The translations under genes and the position numbers were made by a program. From Lama guanicoe (taxonomy: Eukaryota), in the NCBI GenBank assembly GCA_013239625.1, contig MU056050.1, positions 7,482,773-7,546,772 of the forward strand: DNA of 64,000 nucleotides. The letters are read 5' to 3'. The notes under the pieces were generated by a model. That model saw only the letters and a list, made by a program, of their open reading frames with translations, did no database searches and had not been told where the DNA came from. Shown here piece by piece: positions 50,501-63,874 of this stretch (the stretch's first letter is position 1; each line of letters begins with the position of its first letter).

Positions 50501-53120
50501 ACTATGTGCCAGTGCTGTCTTAAGAGATTTATGTGGATGAACAACTTTAATTTAATTCTCATGACAACCCTATGAAGTTGGTGCCTTATTACTGTCATTT
50601 TAAAGATGAGGAAACTGAGGTACAGAGAAGTTAAATGAGTTACCCAAGATCATACAGCTGGTAAATTACAGAGATAGGATTCAAGCAGAGGCATTTGAAT
50701 CCTGGGCCAGGATTGTGCTCCAAATACAATAGATGGATGGTATCACTGGTGGCAGGGGTGGTGGGGAGGAGTTGGGAGAGAGAAAGAAAGAATGAATAGA
50801 GTGGGCAGAGAGAAAGATTGTCTAGGAATTTCAACATTTAATGGCTAGATAAACAACAACGAGGCAGAAAGGTTATGGATTTGTTTATTGTCCATCTCTC
50901 CTACTAGATAGTAAGCTTCAAGAGGGCAGACTTTTTGTCTGTTTGATCACTGTTTTACCCCCTGTAGTTGCCATGACTTTATTTTAATTAACAAATACAT
51001 ACATAGTATATTCTAAGATCTTTAAAAATAGTAGCTCATTTAATTCTCACCAACAACTGAATGTGATGGATACTCTTAATTATCTTTATTTTCATAGATG
51101 AGGAAATTAAAGTACAGAGAGGTTAAGTAAGTTGCTCAGAGTTATACAGCTAACCAGTGGCAGGGCTGGGACTCAAGCTTAGGCGGTCCAGCTTCAGAGT
51201 CTGTGCACTTAACTACTGTGTTATGCTCAAGAAATATTTGTTGAATGAATAATGGGGGAGTCAACTGGGCCAGATGCTACAGGGAGGTCCAATAATTTGG
51301 AGATTAAAATATCTTCTGGCTTTGTGACATGTAGGTCACTGGTGGCCTTAAAAATTCTGTCCATTTTAGCTTCAACCTAGAAGAGAGGTGGTCAGAGAAG
51401 TCCAGGAGAGGAACCTACTGGCTCGGATTCAGCCTGTCCACATTTGCTGAACACCTACCACATTCCAGACACCAGTCTATGGGCTTACCATAGAGCAAGA
51501 CAGCCAAAGTCCTTGTCTCCAAGGAGCTCACAGTCTGGTGGGAGAGAGACAATGAACAAAAATGTAGAGATCATATCAGCAAGTGATACGTGCTATGAAG
51601 ACAAGTGAAGTCAGGTAAGAAAATATAGAGGGAAGGAATAGGAAAGGGCACTGTTTTGTATATCTCAGATTGGGTCACTCAGTTCCTCAAGTTGACTCTG
51701 AGGGTATCTACAGACTAAAATGTGCCTTGAGGCCTTTGGTGGGGTCTGCTTTGCCTCTGGAGAGAGTATATGAGAGTGCTAAGAACTTGGCTCCTGAAGC
51801 CAGGCAGACATGAATTAGAATATTGATACTGCCACTTGCTAGCTGTGTGGCCTTTGGCGAGTTACATACCTTCTCTGTTCTTCAGGTTCCTAATATTTCG
51901 AAAGGGGATAACAATAGTGCCTGCCTCATAGGGTTGCTGCGAGAATTAAATGAGCCTAGGTTAGTGCCAGGCACTCAGAAGACATGTAATAAATGCCATT
52001 TGAGACTAAAAAGAGTAATAGAATTAGCAGATGCTAATGCCAATTTAAGGGGAAATATTCTACAGAAGAAAAAGCCTGGGCTCTGAAGCCAGACAGATCT
52101 GGGTGTAGATTCAGTTTCTGCCATTTCCTAGCTGGGTGGCTTGGTCAAGTTACTTATCCTTTGAAGTTCAGCTTCCTCACTTGTAAAATGGAAAGAATAA
52201 TTTGTACTATGAATGATTTTTACAAAGACTGCATTCTTAAAACTCCATCACATAGTAGGAGTTCCATAAATTAGAACTATTACTTGAACTATTACCATTA
52301 GTAACACTTAATATTATTAAATACGTATTGATTGATTGACTTGTAATAATATAGGAATATTATCACAACAGGTGAGACCTAGAGGTTTCCTGACCAGGTT
52401 TTCCTTCATTTCTGTTTTTTCAGTTTCCCTGAGAAACTGAGCCTGTTCTGTTAGTTTCCTCTGTTTCCCTTGAAGTAGCATTTTTGGTTTTAAAGCACAT
52501 GAGATCACCCAGACCCTTGTCTTTAGTTTGGCTCACGTTAAGGCCTTTCTCTCAGCACTTTCATGACAACTATGTCCTTTTCATCGATCAGGCTTCCGGG
52601 GACTGCACCCTAAGTGCAACCACGTGCCGGGAATCCATAAAGAAAAAAAAAAATCTTCAAAAATACCTTATTTAATTGCTACCACCTCTACCCACAAGGG
52701 GGCGCTACCTCACATATAATCCTTGTGTTCTTGCTGTAGCAATTAATCAAAAACTGAGACAGTGGCAGAACACTAATCACCAATAAGCAGACCCCTAGAT
52801 TTGTCTGAAGACCAGATCCCCAACGTTGGCCACAGCCTCAGCCTTGTACCCTGGCCTCAGGATGGGCCGTATTCTGAGGACAATACAGCTTAATGGTTAA
52901 GATCATGGGTTTTGGAGTCCGCCTGCTTAGGTTCTGATGCTGGCTCTAATACTTCCTAGCCGTGTGCCCTCTAAGCCTCAGCTTTTTTACTGAAAAAGTG
53001 GGATACTATTGGTAACTATCTCAGGAAGATTCTGAGGAACAAATGGTCAATGTTTGCAAAGAGTTTAACACAGTGCCTGGTACCTGGTACCTGGTACATA
53101 CTCAGTAATGTTAGCTATTT
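47580..53120. mobile_element. Dense field of MIR and L2 fragments (MIRs near 47600, 48450, 49120, 49940, 50480, 51000, 51770, 52075, 52885)
   Basis: Repeated MIR core (gatgaggaaactgagg..agagaggttaagtaa) interleaved with L2 pieces; interspersed unique DNA. Confidence 0.7.
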
Positions 53121-54474
53121 CTGAGCCCTTAGCCTGGACACCAACTGAATTCCCAATCAAGTCATACACTGAGCTCCAAATCCTAGCTGCTGATGTCTCC
53201 CTCAGCTGGCCATTGCGCACTGCATCCAGTCCTGGGAAAGATGGTGGGAGATGGATTTGTGAACCTGCATTCCCACTAAGGATGACTCAACTCCAGGTTC
53301 TCTGACGCCTCTCCCCCATGCCCACCTCAGCTAGCCCCCTGTCATGTTTACCCTTATACATTCAGGTGAAGGCTTCAGGTCAGTGTGCTAATTTTGGATC
53401 TTAGCTCCCCTGATAGCCTTGGACTTGGAAACTGGCTTACATTACCTATTTCTATCCTGGAGAGCAATGTGCCCCCCCTCAACAAACAGGTACATGAACG
53501 CCCCACACTGATACACACACACACACAAACACACACACCCACACAGGCATCTTCCACCCAAACTCCAGGAGCAAATTCCTGTCCGGGAGGAGGGAGTGAA
53601 AGGTAACTGAGCCCTGTGGGACAGCTGGACAGCTGGCTCAGCCCCTGCCAGGCACTTTTCCTAGTAAGGGCATCCTTTGGGTGACAATATCCAATTGAAG
53701 ACACAGCCCTTAGGGAGCTTTATGACTGTTTCTCTTAGCCCCGCTAGCAATGTCCCCAGAACCCTTTTGGGGGATTGTATTTAGAGACCTGCTGGCACTC
53801 ATTGACCCGGTCATCCAGCAGCTGGTGCCTGCTTGCCTCCCCTCTCCATATCTCCTCCCACCCCAATAGCTGTAGCTGTACCCACAGTGATAAGTGATTC
53901 AAACATCCCCAATCTGTGGACTGCCCTGGTGCTGTGTGTGGCCCAGGGGTGCCCTTCAACAGTGTTTTTGTAAGCCTGCACCCCCTAACAACATCCGTGT
54001 CATTTCAGTTGTTTCCCCCAGGGGATTGGATAAATTCTAGCTTCTCTGGCTGGAGGAATGTGTAGGCAAGTCCTCTGGGGTTTCATCAGCTTGTGGGGAT
54101 GGGCTTCCCTTGTGATTTGAAAACATCTCTGTATTCATTTCACAAATATTTAATGGGCCCCTATTATGTGCCAAACACTGTTCTCAGTCTAGGAGATAGA
54201 AAGTTTACAAAAAAAAGAGGAAAGAACAAAGAAAAAAAAGGAAAAGAAAGAAAAGAATAAAACCAAACAAGAGTTCTTTAAGGACTTCAGGATTCAATGG
54301 GGCTAGAAGGCCAGCATTGTGCTTTATTGTGCTTACTGTATGCCAGGTACTGTTCTGAGGGTTTTACTAGCTATTAACTTATTTAATCTTGAAAACTTCA
54401 AATTAGAAATATGAAGGGTATCATTATTACCATTTTACAGATGAGGAAGCTGAGGCTCAGAGAGGTTTCATGAT

Positions 54475-54911
54475 TGTAGTGTATTGAATAATGTCCCTCA
54501 AAATTCATATCCACCTGGAACTTCAGAATGTGACATTATTTGCAGAAGTAATTAAAGATCTTAAGATGAAATCATCCTGGATTTAGGATGGGTCCTAAAT
54601 TCAATGACTGATGTCCTTATAGCAAACGAGAAGACACAAAGAAACACAGAGATGAAGGCCAGGTGAAGGTGGAGGTATATATTAGAGTTATGTGTCCATA
54701 AGCCAAGGAGCACCAAGGATTGTAGGCAACCACCAGAGCTGACAGAGAGGCATAGGACACTTTCTCCCTCACATCCTCCCAAAGGAACCAACCCTGCCAA
54801 CACCAGGATTTCAGACTTCTTGCCTCCTGATCACGGAGAGAATACATTTCTGCTGTTTTAAGCCATCCAGCTTGTGGTAATTTGTTATATCGGCCCCAGG
54901 AAACTAATGCA
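54475..54911 (+). mobile_element. MaLR solo LTR (MLT1B/C-like) inserted into a MIR (54320-54972)
   Basis: tgtagtgtattgaataatgtccc..ggaaactaatgca; degenerate 5-bp TSD atgat/gtgac; MIR core resumes on both sides. Confidence 0.88.
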
Positions 54912-55010
54912 GTGACTTATAGAACTAAGATTTGAACCCAAACAACAGGCTCCTGAATCTGTTCTCTTAACCTCAGGGCAGGGCTTTGCTCTTGGAGTTT
55001 GGATGGAAGA

Positions 55011-55022
55011 TGTGTTTGTGTA

Positions 55023-55053
<31 letters not shown>
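55011..55053. repeat. (TG)n microsatellite
   Basis: Directly visible. Confidence 0.9.
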
Positions 55054-55059
<6 letters not shown>

Positions 55060-55289
55060 CTATCAACGGCCAACAGCCTGTCTAATACCTCTCATACTCA
55101 ATTGGGGAAGGTGGTTGGGGGGCTTCCATGGTGACCCCAGGTGAATAATAGCCTGGCCCCCTATAAGTCCCAATTTTCTCATTTAAACAATTAGGAATTT
55201 GTGCTAGATGATCTTTAAGGCCTCTTCCAGTTATGACATTTTATGAGGCTATGATTCATTGTTTGTGGGGGGAAGGTGGCGCAGTGACA

Positions 55290-55850
55290 GTACTGAGAGC
55301 AGGTTGTGGATGAGGGGATAAAGGATATGCATTATATGTAATTGACTGATTTTCAAAAGGCCTGTGGATAAAAACCCTGTTATGGAAAATTTTTCATTAT
55401 CTTTCCCTGTTGTTCTCTTTATGTCTGTTTCCCTCAGACTCCCCCACCACCTCTCTCTCTAGCACATGCATATGCATCTCCACACCCACACACATGCCCA
55501 GAGACTCCTCTCCAACCCTGGAAAGTAAGTTCATATTTATGAACTTCAAACTGGTGCAGAAGGAAGGGGCCATAGTATGAGTGTCCAGCAGCTCCTGGCA
55601 AGGAGAAAGGCATTGTGGGGTGCAGGGGGGAGGGCTCCAGAGACTTGGGGCTGGAAATAGTGTTATTAAGTATGTTCATTAATGAGCCCAAGAAGGAAAT
55701 GACTAACAAATTGATGGAAAGAGGCTGATGGCACCAAACCACTTGGTTAATTAAAACCACAAAGGTCTTGGAGTGACTCTGAAAAGCCCTTGAGGATGGA
55801 AGTGGTCGATAGGTGGCAAATAAAGAATAAAGCCAAGAAAGACCATTCAG
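55290..55850 (+). mobile_element. Ancient CR1/L3-like LINE reverse transcriptase relic
   Basis: Collinear decayed motifs VDEG (55306), DFQKA (55348-55362), VLLSMFINE (55660-55686), ADGTK (55724-55738), WQI (~55814). Confidence 0.65.
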
Positions 55851-56489
55851 GGCTCAATCATTGAAGCGATGTCTCTTGCAAGGAGAAGTGTCTAAGGCTG
55901 GGAAAGTGGCAAATGGGTAAAAGATCACAATTCCAAAAGTCTTCCCTGATCCACTCCCCCAGGTACTAAAATCTCCCCAACACTTGCATGCTTCTTTGTA
56001 AATGGTTTCATGCCTGTGTTTCAGTGACTATCGTTGTCTTCCCAGCAGCCACTGGGAAAGGGTCTCGGCCTGGGTCCAGAGCAGATGGGAGGCACCGTGG
56101 CATTCCATGAAAGCCTCTAGATATTGGTCAGGTGGAGGGTCTTTTCTGTGGTGCAGAGTCAAGTGGCATAGAGCCTCCCAGGCTAGAATGTACCTTCCCC
56201 GGAGTAGCCCCTAGAAGCTGTTTTAAATGGAGGGATAGGAAGTGACTTTGGAAATTGGCACAGCACCAATTTAGATTCTGGGTGACCGTTTGCAGAACAG
56301 TGATTGGTACAGTTTGTGTGCCGGGACCTGCCCTTAAGGCTTTGTCTCTCTCTTAGGGGAGTGGTAAAGTACAAATGCTAGATGTCTATAGTCAGACTAG
56401 ACTTGGCATGTTACTCAACCTTTCTGGGCCTTAGTTTCTTCATCCATTAAATGGGAGTAACTATAGTGTCTACCTCATAGTGTTGGTTC

Positions 56490-56722
56490 TCATGTACAGC
56501 ATGGTGACTATAGTTAACAATGTTATATTATATACTTGAAAGTTGTCAAGAGAGTAGATCTTAAATGTTATCACCACAAAAATATGGTAATTATGTGAGG
56601 GGATGGAGGAGTTAACTAACCTTATTGCAGTAATCATTTAGCAATATAGATGAGTATCAAATAATCATGCTATACACCTTAAACTTACATATATTATGTG
56701 TCAATAGTATCTCAAGAAAAAA
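56490..56722 (+). mobile_element. L1MA-like 3' terminal fragment inside a MIR (56355-56780)
   Basis: atgtacagcatggtgactatagttaacaatg..gagagtagatcttaaatgtt..tatacaccttaaacttac. Confidence 0.85.
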
Positions 56723-56799
56723 GCCATAGATAATATACCATGCTTGACAAATAGAAAATAAATAGCAGCCTTTGTCATTTTCACAATGATATCCTTTGT

Positions 56800-57545
56800 T
56801 TACCTGAAACTCGGCATAAGTCTTTACTCCCCCACCATATGTTACCATCTAAATTGATAGCATCACCGTTAACCCAGTTCCTTAAACTATAAACTTCAGA
56901 GACATCCTTGCCCCTGCTTTCCTTCAACCCTCACATTCAACCGATTACCGAAGTCTACTTCCTCTTCTCTCTCCTGGCTGCATAACGTTGTCTCTACCCT
57001 ATTACAGGCCTTCGCTTTTTCTTATCTAGACTACTGCAACAGTCCCCTAACTGGTTCCCATGCCTCTGTCTCTCCTTCCTGCAGCCCCTTCTCCACAGTA
57101 GTCAGATAAGATTTCCAAACATGAATCCGATCATTTCACTGCGCCCCCGCTTAAAACTTCATACTCCCCATTTCTTTAAAAATCAAATGCAAACATCTTA
57201 TTTTGTCCTAAAGGAAATTCAGAATCCTTTTCCTGTCCAGCTTTCTCTCCACTCCTCACACATTCTTCACTCATGCCTCATTGAATCCCTTAGCCAATCA
57301 TGCCATGCTATTTCACTTCTCCCTGCCTCAGCATGCACTGTTTCTTTCCCTTATTCTTACTTGTTGAATTCCTACTCATCCTTCAAAGCCAGGCTCAAGT
57401 GGGCCCTCCTTTGGGAAGTCCCTCTTGTCCCTTTCAAGCAGGGATTTTGGTGCTTCCTTATACTTTCACAGCAGTTATTCAGGCCCCATGTCCAACACTT
57501 CTCTTGCTGTCTAAAGGCTATCTATTTATTCCACTTGCCTGAGTG
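56800..57545. mobile_element. L2 fragment
   Basis: gactactgcaacagtcccctaactgg; aattcctactcatccttcaaagccaggctcaa. Confidence 0.75.
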
Positions 57546-57944
57546 TTCCCCAGCCACCTGCAGTAGTCAGGTTAAGCTGCCATCATCCAAGGAATAGAAT
57601 CAAGGCATCCGGCTGTGGCCAGCCTGTGTCCTGGACTCTGCTCTTCCTGTTTCTCCAAAACAAACCCTGTCATAGTCCCCTGGGGAGTTTGAGACACGTA
57701 GAAAATTCAGGTGACAGGAACTGATGTTGAACAAGCTGGTGCTACTGGATAAAATCTGCTCATAACAAGCCCTGATCAGCTTCCTGTCTTCAAGACAAAT
57801 GGCCCAGCACTGATGGCTCTGCAATTACCAGCTCTTCTAATTGAATGTTGAGACCGTTGCTTTTGGGAAACCAGTGGCTTAGGCCCTCCTTGTCCAACCC
57901 CTACCTAGGTCTGTGTTCTTTCTGGTATCTTTTCAAATTCTACA

Positions 57945-58350
57945 CACAGGTGTTTGAGTACCTGCCGTGTGCCAGGTATCTTGCAAGGTATTTTTAGAAA
58001 CATGACCTCATTGAATTATCATAACAACCCTATCTGGTAGATACTATTATCTCCATTTGAAATATGATATGGAACCTGATGGCTTCAGAGGTGGAATGAC
58101 TTGCTCCAGATTACCCAGCTAATAAAAATAACAGCTTTCATTTAGTTAGTTCTTACTTTTGTGCCTGGCACTGTGTAAAGTACTCTATAGACATTGTTTT
58201 ATCCATTCAGCAACTCTGGAAAGTAGATAGTATGATCTTCATCTTAGAGATGAGAGAGATGATATAATTTACCAGTATCTCATGATTAATCAATTATAGA
58301 GCTGAGACTGTGAATCCATGCCTCTCTGTCTTTAGGTGCAGTAATTGTGT
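57945..58350 (-). mobile_element. Two tandem MIR fragments
   Basis: tgagtacctgccgtgtgccagg..tagatactattatctccattt; tggcactgtgtaaagtact. Confidence 0.65.
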
Positions 58351-59479
58351 TTCCCACGGCAAGGAGAGCCATTGTTCACAGTGCTGCTCAATATGAGGCA
58401 CAGACTAACTAGGCGGTGAGTGCCAGTCTGCTCCAATCCAAATTTTAAGGCCCAGTACTGGTGTGAATATGGTCCTTGGGAGAGTCAGACCATTTTGTAG
58501 CATGTGGCCCTGCCCCTTCAGGTCCCTGAGGTAAGCTTCTTCAGCTCTTAGGGTTTTAAAGGGAAGTGCCTTCTCTAGGAATGAAGCAAATTTTCAATAA
58601 GGAAACATATTACAGTCCTTTGCTAAGAAAAAGACAACCTTTTCAAAGATAGGAGCTAAAACTGCAGTCAGTTTTCCAGATGGTCTCCTTTTGATAGAAA
58701 CATGGATGATGTACCTGGAACATTTACTAAGCTTCCTTCCTGGGAGCCCCTAACTTGCTGTATGTTCCTGAACCTCAGTTTCCCATGAACCCAATGAGAA
58801 GATAAGCCAGAAACCCTCTAAGGTCCTTATAGTTCAAATAATTTACAGTTCTAGGTCCCCAAGGAGTCAATGTTGATCAGCTCCTAACTGTTGAGTGCTG
58901 TGAATTTCCTCAACCAGTTCCCAGGTCAGTGTCCCCAGTGACATGCACCCTAGCAATCATCTTTGGACACAGCTCCCCAGTTAGGTACTTCATCTTCTTC
59001 CTGACAGTCTTTTAAAGTAAGTGGACTGATAAAATGGACAGGAAAATGATGACTCTGGCAGACTCAGAGAGATCTCTTAATCCCACTGCCACCACCACCC
59101 AGTGTCACAGCCAAATGAAATGGCTCTTGGAACAGAACTGGCTCATCCCATTAAGGAGATGAGCGTTCTATGAATTGGGAAGAAACTTTCAAAGGCAGAG
59201 AGGTCAGCAATCAGGTCCCATTACTAAATACTACTCTGTGAGTAGAACAAATGGGGGTATTCTGCAGGCTTGATGGTGGAGGTTGGAGAGCAAGGAGGCA
59301 GATGAGTTCAAATGGAGAGCGCCAGCCTGGCAAATGCGAATAGTACTAGTTGGAGCTACTGTCTTCCACTCCTCACCCCTGTTGCTTCTAATTCCCTCAG
59401 CTGCTCCATGTACTGTTTCCACATCCCAGCCCTCTCCCATTCCTTTTTGAATTTTTCCTCTCTACTTATATAATAGCAC

Positions 59480-60218
59480 CTATTGTCTTGGATGCTGTGG
59501 AATATTTCAAGCACCACAGAAGACTCTCTCATGCCTCTTCCCAGATAATACTCCCCTAAGAGGTAACCGCTAGTCCAGAATCATCTGGATGACTGGCTAT
59601 AGCACAGATGACTGGACCTTACATTCAGAGATTCTGATTCAGTGCATCTGGGTGGGGGCCAATAAATTTGCATTTATAACAAGTTTTCAGGTGCTGCTAA
59701 TGCTTTGAGAACCACTGTACTAGTCTGACTTCTATCAGCATCAGTCAGTTTTGCTTATTTTTCAATGTTCTCTTCTGTGTCTGTCTTCTTTCACTCATCC
59801 TTATGTCCGTTAAGTTCACCCATGTTGTTGAGTGTACCAGTAGTTCTTTTTTCTTTTCTGTCTTTGCTGTATTTGTAGCATTTCATTGTGTGACTATAGA
59901 ACATTTTACTTATTCATTCTACTGGTGATGGACATCTTAGTTATTTATAGTTAGGGACTATTATGAATAATGTTTCTGCTATGAACATTCTTGTACATGT
60001 TTTTGATGGACATATGCATTCATTTCTCTGTATGCCTATGTATAAAATAGCTAGATCATATGGTACATTTTTTTTTCACTTTCATGGCTACTGCCAAATA
60101 ATTTTCCAAAGTGGTTGTATGAATTTGTACTCCCACTAAAAGAGTATGAGAGTTCAAATTGCTCCTTTTCCTTACCAACAATTGGTATTGATGTTCTTTT
60201 TAAAATTTTAGCCATTTT

Positions 60219-60256
<38 letters not shown>

Positions 60257-60300
60257 TGTGTGTGTAGTGGTGTCTCATTGTGGTTTTAATTTGCATTTTG
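59480..60300 (-). mobile_element. Ancient L1ME-like 3' end with nested MER5A-like MITE (~59575-59717) and internal (TG)n (60220-60263)
   Basis: Minus ORF contains [15 protein letters not shown]5A cagagattctgattcagtgcatctggg..tttgagaaccactg. Confidence 0.75.
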
Positions 60301-60559
60301 GATGGCCACTTTAACAAGATTGCATAGTGTAAAACTGTTAGGTGAGATGGGAATGCCCAGCACAGGGCCCTCAAACCAGTGACAGATAGTATGGTAAACA
60401 CCATAAAAAACAGCTCAAATGATGTGGTGGAGAACTGGATGGAGAAGGATAGGAAAAAGTTCAAGGGAAAATCCAAGCTTCTTTGCTGTTTTTGGTTTTA
60501 CCTTCCTGCTTTGTACAGATAAGACAGTTCTGTCTTTAGAATGGAACAGGGACCTCAAA

Positions 60560-61290
60560 TTTGGCCTTTGAGCTTGGGAATACTGAGACAGTTAGTGACA
60601 ATCCCTGAGATGGAAATGAATTTGACACACAGGAGGTACAGAAAGAAACAATATGGTTGAAGTGTAAGAAAAAAAGAAGCAGATATAGATGGTGTTAGAG
60701 AGATCGACAGCAACCATCTTTTAAAGCATCTTGTAGGCTACAGGAAAGAGTGTGAAGTTTATTCTAAACTCAGTGGCAATACAATAAAGGGTTTTTCTCT
60801 AGGAGAGTGACAGGATATGATTTATGTTTTGAAAATATCACTCTGGATAATGTTCTCATCCTTGGCTACATGTTAGACTCATATGGGGAATTTAAAAAAT
60901 GCTGATTCCTGAATCTTACCTCCCAAGATTCTGATTCAGTTGGTCCTGGAGTACAGCTGGGGCATTGGGAGTAAGGCAGAGAGAAGCAGACATTCCTGAG
61001 ACATATCTTGGGTGTGGAGTATACTAGGTTTAGAGATTGACTCTGAACTATAGGGAGAGGAATGAGTGAAAGATGTGGCCAAGTGTCTTGCATGGGAATT
61101 AGAGTCGTTGGTGGTGCCATTGGAGCACTGGAGGAGGAGGAGGAGGTTGAGTGTGGGACTGTGAGTTCAGTTTTGGACATACTGAGTTTAAGATAAATAA
61201 GCTATTCAAAGAGGTGGCTAGAATTCCATAATGGACTGGATACAGTGAAGGGAGAGGAAGAGGAAAAGTCACGGATGATTTCCTCCTTTA
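60560..61290. mobile_element. L2 fragments with nested MER5A-like MITE (~60850-60965)
   Basis: tgatttatgttttgaaaatatcactctgg; gagttcagttttggacatactgagttt; aaaatgctgattcctg..gattctgattcagttggtc. Confidence 0.7.
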
Positions 61291-62994
61291 ATGTCTTATT
61301 TTAGTCTTTCCATGACTCTTGTCGTTATTTCCACTTCTCTGGTTTGGATCTCATCACAGTGCTCTGAATACTAAAAGACTAATCAGATAAACTTCTTCCT
61401 GAAAGTGTGTTAGCTTACTCTATTCCATCTTCCTATCTGATAAAATTTAGCTTTACCCAGGTAAAATACACATGCAAAGAATGGCCCTCCTGGTGGGTAT
61501 TTGAAGCCTCTGTGGCTGACTAATGGTGAAAGGTCAAGAGAAACTGTGCTAAAATTTTGCCCCATCAATTTCAGTGAGGCAAAGATGGCTTGATTAAGAT
61601 AAAATGGGACAAGTTCTGACTCCCTTTGGGAAAATGCAGATTCTGAGCTAGGAGTTTTGTATCAATTGTCTCATTGATTATTCTAAGCCACTCTGGTTGT
61701 TATTATTGCTATGTTACAGGTAAAGAAACTAAGGCCCAGAAAGTTAAGCAACTAATCCAGAGTCATACAACTAGTCATATGCAGAACTTGGAAGCATATG
61801 TCTGCCATGAGTGCTTGGAGAGTTGATTGATTTGTTTGTTTGTTTATAGCTATCCTCCAAACCCTGTCATGCTACATGCTCAGCTTCCCCAAGCTAGTCA
61901 CCGTTTTTCATAGTAATCCTGACCACCAGCTGTTTGGACTCACTTCCCTAAGGTCTCATCATGTCTTATGCCGCTCAGAGCACAGGGGACCCTGCATAAA
62001 GACCTTCTGAGGAGCATCAAGGGAATAGAGAGTCCCTTAGATAAAAACTGGATAGGGTGGTGGACTAGAGTGGGATCACTATTTGAGAGTTCCGTCTCTC
62101 GAGTCCTGTCTTATAGTAACATGCCACCACCTCTGCCTCTGAAATGGAAATCCCAAGAGCAAGAAGAGCCATTCAAGAGCAAAGAGTCTCATTCCAAAGG
62201 TAGGGAAACACGGCAGAGAGAGGCAAGGTAGTTTGTCTGAAGTCACAGAGCCAATTAGAGGAAAAATTAGGATAAGCCTCAAGTGTCCTGGGCTCTGTTA
62301 TATACATCCTGGAGTTCCGAGGGTCTTTCAAGCAGCCCTTCAGTCCCAAATATATCCTCACACCCTGGTGAGATATAGAGGAGGCAAGAAAGATGATATA
62401 TTCTTGGAGGGGGTTTTCCAAGAGCATATATCTCTGAGAGGGGGCTTTCTGAAGGAAGGAGTAAGGGGAAAAATGAGCAGACAGAATCACTGAGACTGTA
62501 GCAGAGAACTCTCCAGAACCACTGCAGTCATATCCCACCCTGCCAGCCAGCTCCTCAGCCCTCAGCTTGGGGCTGGAGAAAGGACATAGGACAGGGCTTC
62601 TTAATGAGAACATGTGGGAACCCGGGAAAGGTTAATGATCTGCAGCCTCAACCATCCGTTAGCTGCCAGCCAGAGACAGTAAACACCGTTACTCATCTAA
62701 TTAGTCAGGAAAGGCTGGGCAGGGGCTGAAGACAGGGCCTTGGGGATTACAGTCCCCCAAGTGCCCACCCACTTAGGGCTGTTGAAAGAGGCTACGAGAA
62801 GGTACAAGCCCCCATTAGCAGAGGGAGTTGGAAGAGGCTCCCTCTCAGTCGGTCCTCCTGCAGCTCTGGCCGCAGGCTGTGACCAAGATGTGGAAGGACT
62901 TGGACACTTGCTGAGGGCCTCCTCTGTGCCAGATCCTATGTTGGCCAGTCCTCTGTGTGTCATCTTATTTTGTCCCCACAACAACACTGCAAGG

Positions 62995-63300
62995 CTCTTA
63001 CATTTATTGAGCACCTGTTGTACATCACTCACTTTACATATATTATTGGCTTTCACATTTCTAACAGTGCTAGGAAGTAGTGGTTGGTATTTCACCCATC
63101 CTACAGGAGAAAAAATGGAGATTCACAGAGCATAATTTGTTTCTTTGCTGATTTATTCAGCACATGTGTACTGCCTGGCCATTCTGTGCCAGGCATTGTC
63201 CTAGGTGCTAAGTATACGATGGTGAAAAGACAGACACAGACTTTGCCTTCATGGAGCCCAGTGTCTAATTGGAGAGGCAGATATTCACCATGAGCTCACA
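62995..63300. mobile_element. MIR and L2 3' fragments
   Basis: acatttattgagcacct; tgtgccaggcattgtcctaggtgct..tgccttcatggagc. Confidence 0.7.
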
Positions 63301-63874
63301 TAACTAGTACATAGCAAGACTAAGATTGGAATCTGAGCAGGGTAGAGCTGCAGACAGGATGCTGATGGGACTGAGGTGATAGATATTGTGGGAATCAAAC
63401 CAGAATACCCTCGCTTGTGACTGGGCTACTCTGGCTTCAGAAGGCCAGGCCCTGCCACTAATGATTTACTGCTGCTGGGGTGGGGGGAGAGCTGAAGACT
63501 TCTTGAAGCATATGTGCCCATTGCACTCTGGGAGGCTCTTCTCTTTTCCAGCTGCCATGAATTATTTCAGCTTCAAAGAGGAGGTATTTGGGTTAAGAAT
63601 AGCTTTGTGATTGCTGAACGGTCAATGGGGTGGGCCAAGGCAGGTGACTGGGTATTCTCCGAGCACCTGGTATGTTCCCAGCTCTATACCAAGTTCTGTG
63701 AGGGGATGCCCAGGAGCAAAGACCCAGTTTTTTTTCCCCAGAAGGCCTTTTATCTAGGTTGTGAATGTGATTTATTTTTATGGAAAGATTAAGGATGATA
63801 GCCAGATAAAAGCTGAATAGGGCAGTTTTGGCTGGTCAGCTTAGAAGCTTGAGATTCTTTGGGGGTTTTTTTGG

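Noticed and set aside
53076..53096. (cctggta)x3
   Set aside because: Local slippage inside a MIR
57121..57597. 158-aa ORF
   Set aside because: Lies in a decayed L2; no protein similarity recognised
61968..63135. Overlapping 130-146 aa ORFs on both strands
   Set aside because: No recognisable family or convincing splice structure; partly run into MIR; a small exon cannot be fully excluded
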